NCBI GenBank assembly: GCA_963845755.1
Contig: CAWJTV010000040.1
Span: 64,001-128,000 of the forward strand
Length of the DNA stretch: 64,000 nt
Reading direction: 5' to 3'
DNA from: an uncultured Planctomycetota bacterium
Lineage (GTDB): Bacteria > Planctomycetota > Planctomycetia > Isosphaerales > Isosphaeraceae
This document shows positions 55,102 to 64,000 of the stretch, in pieces; the first letter of the stretch is position 1; every line of letters starts with the position of its first letter. Below the pieces are notes generated by a model, which saw only the letters and a list, made by a program, of their open reading frames with translations, was not told the origin of the DNA and made no database searches. The translations under genes and the position numbers were made by a program.

Positions 55102-56171
55102 ATGCAACAACCCCGGCAGGCGAAGGCGTTGATCCGCGTCGAGGGCGAGCGAGGCGAGGCGTTGACGCTCCCCTCCGGCAGCGCCTACCCCGCCGGTAGC
55201 CGGATCAAGATCGAAACCGGCCGCTACCGCGCCGCGATCGCCACCGCCGGGTACGTCACGGGCGTCGCCGCCGGCTCGTTCGTCAACACGAAGACCGGCG
55301 CCCGCGACCTTGGATTCGGCCTGAGCATCGTCAACTTCTTGCTCGAACCGACCGACCCGAACCGAGCGATCCTTGCTGGCCAGTACACCTTCGGCCCCGG
55401 GGACAAGATCCACGGCAACATCCCCAAACGCTACGTCGAAGGACCCCAGATCTGCACCCAGGCCAGGCGGCTGACCCCCCGCGTCTATCGCGGCGATGGC
55501 TTCGCAGCGATCCAGACTCGCTATCACTGGAACGTCGCCTACGCCCCCCATCCCCGGGCCGGTTCCGTCTGGGAGCAGACGCTCATCTTCCTCGAGGCGG
55601 AGCGCTTCTTCCTCGCGCCGACCGGGTCACCACCGTGGCCGAGTCGCCCTCACTGTTTCTCCGCGTGGACATGCCCGGCCACATCAAGCACCGGGACGGG
55701 ATGGGCTTCGACCACGTTTACTTGAGTTATCACGACCCCTCGATCATCCCCTCGACCGAGTTCGTCGCCGACTTCGCCCCCGACGGGCGCTTCCTCTACC
55801 GCCGCGGCGAGTGGCCCTTGCCCAAGTGGTTCATCCGCGCCTATCAAGTGACCCTCCCCGGCGGCGATGACGGCCCCTGGCTCGCCGGCATGACCCTGAA
55901 TTCCGAGGACGTCTATCAGGCCTGGTGCCATCAGCGAGGCTACGTCTGCTTGATCGAGGAACTCGGCGGCCGGCCCACCCGCCCCGGCGACACCTTCGGC
56001 GCCTGCTATCTGATCGGCTGGTTCGACGACCTCGACTCCATGCACCGGACGCACGACCGCTTCCGCGGCTGGAGTGGGCTGGTCCTGGAAGGGACGGCGG
56101 AGAAGCCGACCGGCTACAAGGGATTGAAGAAGGGGGACCTGACGGCGGTCCCGATGAATGATGGCGAATGA
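55102..56171 (+). CDS. hypothetical protein (frameshift ~55620)
   Basis: Two overlapping ORFs with host-like codon usage. Confidence 0.6.
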
Positions 56172-56290
56172 TTGATTATAATGGCCGAGGATGGGTCGTA
56201 GACCGCCGAGCGGGTCCCGGAAGACGGCGCGGCCGCTCGTGATGGCATGTCGGCGATCCGAAGAAAGAAGCTGAGTATGAAAATACAAAA

Positions 56291-57003
56291 TTGAGTTTGA
56301 ATGTGGATTCAGAAACCGCCCTGACGGCCGAAGCCAAGTACCGGGAACTGCTGGAGCGATACCCGGAGAACGTCTTCGTGAAAGACCAGCTGGCCGACAT
56401 CCTTCGATCGCAAGGACGCGACGACGAGGCGGGCAGAATCCTCCCGTTCGAATCGGGGGGCTTGTTGAAGTATCACTTGGGCCTCCTGACGCACGACGAA
56501 CGCCTTCGTGAGCATCCCGATGATTGGGTCGAATACCTGAATCGAGGGATCTGGCATCATTGGCATCAGTCTTACCAGGAGGCCCTTTCCGATTATGATC
56601 GGGCCATCAGGATTGCCCCGACCATCGCCTTCGCATGCTGTTCGGCGCGAGCTTGCGGGCAACGTGCCCTGAAGCGACATTCCGGGATGGTCCGAAGGCG
56701 CTCGAAGACGCCCGGGCAGCCATGAGCCTGGCGGAACGAGCGGGGGAGCTCATCGGGGACTGGCGGCAACGTATTTATCTCCAGGTCTTGGCGGCCGCCC
56801 ACGCGGAGAACGGCGATCTCCAGGAAGCGATCGCAGTCCAGTCCCTGGCCGTTGACCTGGCCCTGACCTGGAGGGCGAGGTCGGAGATCAGTCAAAGACT
56901 GGAGCAATATCGATCGGGGAATCCGATCAGGGACGAGATGGGACTGCTGAGAATCGGCTTCAGCCCTTCGGCCCTTGGGCCAGGCTCCAGGGCACTCGGG
57001 TAG
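56291..57003 (+). CDS. TPR protein (frameshifted)
   Basis: YLNRG...ALSDYDRAI, ATCP....RDG..A...A, LAAAHAENGD..EAI. Confidence 0.7.
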
Positions 57004-57370
57004 ACTCGCCGGGAGGCGAGCGCCGACCTGATGGTCTTCGATACCGGCTCTCTTTCGCGGCAACCGAATCTTCTACCGACGCCCATGCCGGACCCGCTCC
57101 GATCAACCGTGCGTCGGTGCCGACGATCGCCTCGGCGCGGCGGCCAGTTGGGCCTCCGGCGTGCCGCTCGATTCGAGTTCCGTCACTGACTCCTCGACAA
57201 TGATGATGCAGCCCGTGTCGAATGAGCGTTCAGGAAGGCCAGCCGGGGTCCCCGTCATCGCATTCAACCGTGATCGGGGAAAGACCAAACCACCCTGACT
57301 CCACGACATCCCCGTCGGCAATCCTTCGATCATCGTCCTCCTCGATCTCGCCAAGCTGGGGTAAAGTCTC

Positions 57371-57676
57371 ATGCTGATCGTCCACGTCCATATCCAGGTG
57401 AAACCCGACCAGGTGGATGTCTTCAAGGCCGCTTGCATCGAGAACTCGCGGAACAGCTTGCAAGAGCCGGGCATCGCGCGGTTCGACGTGCTACAGCAGC
57501 AGGACGATCCGACGCGGTTCCTGCTGGTGGAGGTCTACCGTTCCGCCGAGGCCCCGGCGGCCCACAAGCAGACCGCGCATTACCGGGAGTGGACTGAGAC
57601 CGTGGCGGACATGATGGCCGTACCGCGATCCAGCGTGAAGTTCGACAGGGTCTACCCGGTAGAGGGACTCCCATGA
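57371..57676 (+). CDS. ABM/LsrG-like monooxygenase/isomerase
   Basis: EPG..RFDVLQ...DPTRF.L.EVY.....AHK.T.HY..W. Confidence 0.88.
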   Translation: MLIVHVHIQVKPDQVDVFKAACIENSRNSLQEPGIARFDVLQQQDDPTRFLLVEVYRSAEAPAAHKQTAHYREWTETVADMMAVPRSSVKFDRVYPVEGLP

Positions 57677-58822
57677 CGTTCGAATTCGCTACCGCCGGAC
57701 GTATCCTCTTCGGACGCGGCAAGTCGCAGCAGATCCCCACCTTGGCCCGGGATCTCGGCCGCCGCGCCTTGGTGGTCCTGGGAGGCTCCAGCCGGGGATG
57801 CCAGGCGCTGACGGAAGGGCTGAGCGACGCTGGCGTCCGCCCGGTGGTCTTCAACGTGAGCGGGGAGCCCACCACCCACCTGGTGGACCAGGCGACCGGG
57901 ATCGCTCGCTCTGAAGGATGCGACGTGGTGATCTCCGTGGGCGGCGGCAGCGTGATCGACGCCGGCAAGGCCGTGGCGGCCCTGCTCGCGAATCCGGGAG
58001 AGGTCCGGGATTACCTGGAGCTGGCGGGAGGTGGAAAACCGTTGCTCGAGCGCGGAATGCCGTTCGTCGCCGTCCCCACCACGGCCGGCACGGGCTCCGA
58101 GGTGACCCGCAACGCCGTGCTCGACGTCCCCGAGCACAAGGTGAAGGCGAGCCTGCGGAGCCCTCACCTGCTGGCCCGACTGGCCGTCGTCGATCCCGAT
58201 CTCACCCTGTCGCTCCCGCCGACGATCACCGCCTACACCGGCATGGATGCGCTGACCCAGTTGATCGAACCGTTCGCCAGCAACGCCGCCAACCCGTTGA
58301 CCGACGGCGTCTGCCGCGAGGGGCTCACGCGGGCGGCACGATCGCTGGCGAGGGCCTATCGCGACGGGTCCGACGTCGCGGCTCGCGAGGATATGGCCCT
58401 CGCCTCCCTCTTCGGCGGGATCGCCCTGGCGAACGCCAGACTCGGTGCCGTGCACGGGTTCGCCAGCGTCCTGGGCGGGACCACTGGCCATGCCCATGGT
58501 GCCATCTGCGCGGCTCCTCCCCTTCGTCATGGAGGCCAACATCCGCGCAGTCAGCGAACGGGGCGATCCGACCATCATCCAACGGTATATCGAAATCGCC
58601 CGGGTCTTGACCGGCGACCCCGAGGCAGACGCCTGGGGCGGAGTCTCCTGGGTGCGCGGGCTCTGCGCCGAGATGAACATCCCGCCCCTGGGGGTGGCTG
58701 GTCTGTCCCTCACCGATTGCGGACGGCTCATCCCGCTCGTCCAGCGCGCCAGCAGCATGCAGGGTAACCCCGTGAAGCTCTCCGATCAGGAACTGAGCGG
58801 CATCCTCGAAGCATCGCGCTAA
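57673..58822 (+). CDS. iron-containing alcohol dehydrogenase (frameshift ~58515)
   Basis: [29 protein letters not shown]. Confidence 0.92.
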
Positions 58823-59081
58823 GGTCAGAATCGGTTCCACGTTGACGTTCATGCGACGTCAAGGGAGGAGTGATCGTGGCTTCTCGCATGCCTGACATCC
58901 GGATCACGTTCTTGCTGGTGGCCTCGACGCTCCTCATCTTTGTACTTCCGTTCTGGGCATGGGGGAAGGTCCGTGGTCTGCTTGCACACCCGGCGCGGGC
59001 CGGGACTTTTCTCCGTTGTTATCGGAACCCCGGGATCGCCGACCGACTACGAACCGACCGCGTTGCCAAGCAGGTGAGGAG

Positions 59082-59446
59082 ATGGCCCACCAATTCGTCC
59101 GCGAGCCCCTCCGGACTGAAGAGGCCGATCGGCTCGCCAACGCTTGCCGGAGCCCCGAGAAGAAGCTGATCGTCTGGACCCTGCTGGATACCGGACTCCG
59201 AGTCTCGGAACTCTACGCCTTGACCCTGGACAACGTCCAGTGGCAGCAACGCTCCCTCCGCGTCACGGGCAAGGTCGGCCCCCACGGCTCGCGGCGCAAA
59301 CAACGGATCGTCCCGCTCTCCACGCGGGTCCGCGCGATCCTGGAGCCTTATTTCGCCCTGAACGACGCCCGGTTCGTCGGCACACGTCAGGCCCAGAAGA
59401 TCGTGAAACGGGTCGCGAACTGCGCCCAGCTCGGGGCTCACGGTGC
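59082..59446 (+). pseudogene. tyrosine recombinase N-terminal fragment
   Basis: LLDTGLRVSEL, VTGK, R.VP. Lacks HxxR and the catalytic Y. Confidence 0.8.
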
Positions 59447-59482
59447 CAATGGCCCATTTTTTCTCGAATCGTTGCCATACCC
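59447..59482 (-). repeat. solo transposon-end-like repeat, copy 2
   Basis: 34/36 identical to 36730-36765. Confidence 0.7.
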
Positions 59483-59496
59483 GGGCTACGGCGCCA

Positions 59497-59524
59497 ACGT
59501 CCGATAATCGCGATTATGTTCGCT
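59497..59524 (+). other. dif-like (Xer-type) recombination site
   Basis: ACGTCCGATAA-TCGCGA-TTATGTTCGCT. Confidence 0.75.
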
Positions 59525-59862
59525 TGTGATCAGTCACTTAGGATGTGCCGATTCTGCGGACGTCCTGACGACCGCTCTCGCTGGGCCCCGGGTACGGGGC
59601 TCATGCTGGGTTCCATCCGATCGCAACGGATTTGCCGCCTGTGGCGGCCGGCTCCCAAGTCAGGCTGACAACAAGCCTCGTGCCGGCGATATGTTTGTTT
59701 CACCCAGGCCGCATGACTGATCTGCATGCGAGCCGCTTTATCACGACAACTCGCCGTGCTACACTCCCCACATCGCAAGGCGACCGACACCTGCCGAACG
59801 GCTCCGATCTTGTTCTACCGGGGTGGATGCACAGGACGAGGTAACGATCAAGGAGGAATCCG

Positions 59863-60994
59863 ATGGCCAAGAAGCGCGGCACGAGGCCCAAGGCGAAACA
59901 CCAAATCGTCAAGGCTGGCGGCCTGCTCCCGGAAGGATATGAGGAATTCCTCAGTGAGCTCAAGGAACGCATCCGCACCGCCCGCCTTCGCGCCTCCCTC
60001 GCCGCCAACCGTGAACTCATCGCACTCTACTGGCACATCGGCCGGTCCGTCGTCGAGAAACAAAAGACCAGCGGCTGGGGCCATGCCGTGATCGCTCACC
60101 TGGGCGACGACCTTCAGAAGGCATTTCCCGGCGAGAGCGGGTTCTCGCGGACCAACGTCTACCGCATGCGGGCCCTGTTCCTGGCCTACCAGGGGGTTGA
60201 GAAAATCGTCCCACAACTTGTGGGACAAATCTCTGAAACCGGGCTCCCGCTGGCCGTTGCGGAACTCCCCTGGGGCCAAAACGTCATCCTGATCGAGCAG
60301 ATCAAGGATCTCCGCGAGCGGCTCTGGTATGCCCGGGCGACCTTCGAGAACGGCTGGAGCCGGGCCGTCCTCGTTCACTGGATCGAGAGCGACCTCTACA
60401 AGCGCCAGGGCAAGGCCCAGACGAACTTCGCGAAGACGCTCCCAGCCCTCCAGTCCGACCTCGCCAGGGAGACGCTGAAGGATCCTTACAAGTTCAGCTT
60501 CTTGACGATCGCGGAGGACGCCGAGGAGCGGGAACTTGAGCAGGGGCTCGTGGCTCACATCCGTCAGTTCCTCATCGAGTTGGGGGCTGGGTTCGCCTTC
60601 CTCGGCCAGCAGTATCGGCTCGAGATCGGCGGCGAAGACTATTATCTCGATCTCCTGTTTTATCATGTGAAATTACGATGTTATATCGTAATCGACCTCA
60701 AAGGGACGCCCTTCAAGCCGGAATACGCCGGGAAGATGAACTTCTATTTATCCGCCGTAGACGACCTGCTCCGGCATCCCGACGACCAACCCTCGATCGG
60801 AATTATCCTCTGCAAGACGAAGAACGAGGTGGTCGCCGAGTATGCGCCTGCGCGATCTGGCCAAGCCCGTCGGCATCTCCAGCTACGTCACCAAGCTCGT
60901 CGAGTCGCTGCCGCCCGCCTTGCGCGGGAAGCTGCCGAGCCCGAAGGCGTTGGAGGCGGAACTGAAGAGGGACGACATCCCGGAGGGGGAGTAA
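59863..60994 (+). CDS. yhcG: YhcG/DUF1016 PD-(D/E)XK nuclease (frameshift ~60848)
   Basis: N.ELIALYW.IG, GFS.TN, LKDPY, ELG.GFAF, DLLFYH..L.CY..IDLK, GKMNFY. Confidence 0.92.
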
Positions 60995-61623
60995 TAAACA
61001 AAGACCTCGCGCAAAGTTTGGCCAAGGCGCTGGCCGTGGCCTGCGTGCGCAACACATTCCTCGAGGATCTGTACGCCGGTATCAGCCCCTCATCACGGGC
61101 GGGCGACCATTCCGACGTGACGGTGGTGACTCCGTATCCCGAAGCTCACCGGCGGGATGTGCGACTGCGCGATTACCACGCGGCCATGAAGGCCAAGTAC
61201 GAACGCCTGGCCCGCTATCCGTGGCTCTCTGCGGAGCCCGACCCGCCGGAGCCTGAGTAGCCCTGGTCTAGCCGGGAGTCGCCAGCTCCCGGCTCCGCTT
61301 CTCCGCTCCGAGCAGCTCCCACACCCAGAACGTCACGGGCGTCTTGTTCCGCCCTGGGTTGTTTGGACACCTTGTCGAGGTTAATAACCGGACCGCCGGA
61401 ACGCTATGCACCGCTGGGTCGTCTGAGCACTCGCTGGTCATGAGGCCGTTCACCGCACCGATACCGCAGAGGAGCGGCATCGTGAAACTCGTTTAGGAGC
61501 GCGAGGCGAAGGCGGCGGAGAATTCAAACTGACCCACTACCGAAGGTTGACGCGATGCGCCCGTCCAGCCTAGAGTGGTAGGATGTAACAATGCCGGGAT
61601 CGTCCAGCTGCAGGGGTAGCGCC

Positions 61624-62658
61624 ATGACCGCGCCGTACGAGATGAACCGCCGGGCATTCATGAAGACCACCGCCGCCGCCTCCGCCACGGCGGCCGTCGC
61701 GCCGACGGCGCGGGCCCAGGACTGCGCCGGCCGACGGCCTGATCCACCGCAACGAGCGGAGCGGCATGCCCTACCGCAAGCTCGGCCGGACGAATTTCAT
61801 GTGCAGCCGCCTCGTCTTCGGCGGCGGCGCGGCGTTGATGGGCGGGAAGGCCGTCCGGTTGCTCAACGCGGCGTTCGACGCGGGCGTGAACTTCTACGAT
61901 CTCGGCTCCAACGCCTATTACAAGGGGAGCGAGGCGCCTTCGCCCCCTTCCTCGCGGCGCACCGCGGCAAGATCTGGGTCACGTCCAAAGCGCCGTTGCG
62001 TCCCATTGACGGCTACGAGCCGGGCAAGCCTCTGACCGTCGAGCAAGGCAGGTTTCTGGCCGATTACTGGACGGGGCTGCTCAATGCGAGCCTCGCCGAT
62101 CTGGGTACCGACTATGTGGACGCCTACTACCTCATGGGCGTCGGAGAGCCGGAGGTCGTCCGTTGCGAGCAACTGCATGAGGCCTTCCTCAAGGCGAAAC
62201 AGGCCGGGAAGGTGGGCCATTGGGGCGTGAGTACCCACAAGCGGGCGCAGCAAGTGCTCGAGGCCATGATTGGAACCGGCTGGTACGACCTCGCCATGAT
62301 CGCCATCACCCCCGCCGGGTGGTACGACTGGGATTCGAAGAGTCTCCTTCCCGGCACGCCGGCGATGGACGAGCTTCAGCCCACGCTGCAGCGCGCCCGA
62401 GACGCCGGCATCGGTCTCGTCGGTATGAAGGCGGCCCGCTACTTGTCGTCCCGCGGCGGTAAGGCGTTGGAGAACGCCTTCGACGGGCACTACAGCGACA
62501 AGCTGATGCAATCGGGGCTTTCGCCCTGGCAACGGTCCTACGCGTTTGTCCTCGCCCACGGCGTCAACGTGGTCAATTCAGACATGCAGAACTTCGCCCA
62601 TTTCAAAGAGAACCTCGCAGCGGTTCAGCGCTCGGCGGAGCTCTTCGTCAGGGCTTGA
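61624..62658 (+). CDS. Tat-exported aldo/keto reductase (frameshifted)
   Basis: NRRAFMK, MPYRKLGRT, SL..LGTDYVD, GKVGHWGVSTH, GMK. Confidence 0.82.
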   Translation: MTAPYEMNRRAFMKTTAAASATAAVAPTARAQDCAGRRPDPPQRAERHALPQARPDEFHVQPPRLRRRRGVDGREGRPVAQRGVRRGRELLRSRLQRLLQGERGAFAPFLAAHRGKIWVTSKAPLRPIDGYEPGKPLTVEQGRFLADYWTGLLNASLADLGTDYVDAYYLMGVGEPEVVRCEQLHEAFLKAKQAGKVGHWGVSTHKRAQQVLEAMIGTGWYDLAMIAITPAGWYDWDSKSLLPGTPAMDELQPTLQRARDAGIGLVGMKAARYLSSRGGKALENAFDGHYSDKLMQSGLSPWQRSYAFVLAHGVNVVNSDMQNFAHFKENLAAVQRSAELFVRA

Positions 62659-63074
62659 TCGACGCCGCCCGATGGTATCCTTCGGCGGCGGCGCTAGGCG
62701 CACCATTCGCCGGGCCGATATGCCCTCGATGCGGGCGAACGGTCTGTCGATGATGCTGGAGGAGCTGGAGGTTGGCCCCGATCCGAACGGAATGGCCAAC
62801 CTCTTGGCCTATCAGCAGACGCCGCGCCAGGTCATTTCGGCATCCTCAGTCCTTTGAGCAGGAAGGTCATGGCCTTGACGGCCGCGTCGCGGCCCTTGAC
62901 CGCCGTGACGCCGGCGATGACGTCGCCGACTTGGCAGGCGCCGTCGAAGTCGCCGCCGCCCACCTCGGCGAACATGACCGACGCCCCTTCGATTTTGGCC
63001 GGTTCGGCCATGTCGCCGAATTCTTCGAGGGGGGCCTTGTACTTGGCCAGGACTTCTGCGGCGTTAGGCGAACG

Positions 63075-64000
63075 GCAGAAATTAATTTACCTGCAAGACA
63101 GGCGTTTTCGGCTTGATCGTGATGTCATACTTCGGTAACGCCGCCAAACGCTCCAGGGCGCTTCGTACTCCTTCATCTCCTTGGCCGGAACTCGTACGCC
63201 ATCGGGATACTCGCCATGGAGCCGCTTCACCGTCGGGTGCCGACCCTTCCAGACCATCCGGAGGCGCATTGCAGCACGACCTTCAGACAGGTCAATAAGA
63301 CGCCGTTCCATTTCTTCTCCAACGCCGACCAGCAGCGTTCGATCGGATTGTATTTGCTGTGATAAGGGGGATAGTACACCAAGCGAATCTCCAATCCCGA
63401 CCCGTCGGCGAATTCCACCATCCGTTTCAAGAACTGGGTCCGCCGGCCTGAGTTCTTCGGGCCGTTGTTGACGTAGATCACCAAGCGTTTGATATGTCCC
63501 AAACCCGACCGGACCTCCAGCCACCACATCCTCAAGGCATCGACCCAGGCATCGCTGGTCTGCGCTCGCCAAACAGAAGCATCAACGCGCCCGTTGCCAT
63601 CATCAGGACGCCGAAGGGAACCAGTTTCTCCTTGGCGGGCGGATCATGGTCCCATCCCTTGGTCACTTCACCGTCGGCGTCAGTCCGGGTTTTTTCCCCC
63701 CCGAGCGTAATCGCCCAATCCCACCTTGGCTTTGGTATCCATGGAGATCTCCAGAGTTTCCGGATCGGCCCGCGCCTGTTCCCGTACGGTCTTGATGTTG
63801 GCGAAGATCGCGTCGGTTTCTTTGGTCTTCTTCAGCGGTTTGCCCTTCTGAATCCGCTTGAGCCGATAGTTCATCCGATTGAGGATGTCCCGCATCGTGC
63901 GCTCGCTGGGCAACTCCTCGAGGGCATAGCCTTTGGCGATCAGGGCGTCGCGCACCTCAGCCGCCGACAAGTTGGTGTACCGCCGCGGCGACTTGAGTTC
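63075..64000 (-). mobile_element. ISAzo13 family transposase (partial, frameshifted)
   Basis: ISMDTKAKV..G.Y.RGG, NGP.NSGRRTQF, YYPPYHSKYNPIERCW. Confidence 0.92.

Noticed and set aside
60995..61260. C-terminal extension of YhcG in the 465-aa ORF
   Set aside because: Product of a frameshift reading into a patchwork of unrelated gene fragments.

Overview
GC-rich accessory or plasmid-like region, probably from a Planctomycete (Isosphaeraceae-like). Evidence for this is a PEP-CTERM protein, an LEPR-XLL-type secreted protein, an ECF sigma factor with a long C-terminal extension, DUF1501 and ISAzo13. About 40% of the window is nested mobile DNA whose ends can be read exactly from terminal repeats and target duplications: ISAs1, IS3, two IS66, IS5, a three-layer IS701>ISNCY-like>IS4 nest, Tn3 remnants, a RIT remnant and a large serine recombinase element. 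Many genes carry single-base frameshifts, probably long-read errors in part. Main observations: (1) removing two ISs rebuilds one 978-codon frame (one internal TAA) that fuses a RecB/Cas4-like Fe-S domain, an RNase H-like exonuclease and an IS66 DDE transposase, apparently inside a RIT element; (2) a canonical 75-nt tRNA with an AGA anticodon but no long variable arm and initiator-like features sits downstream of a 35-aa Lys-rich ORF; (3) a serine-recombinase element is integrated in the W-A-K-R-L-E motif of IS66 tnpB; (4) a tyrosine recombinase is bracketed by inverted core sites, and three dif-like sites bound foreign-looking cargo; (5) a BlaI-like regulator plus TPR-CHAT protease faces a secreted subtilase. 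The right third holds an ordinary catabolic cluster. No CRISPR array or rRNA was seen. All family calls come from motif recognition by eye; no searches were run.
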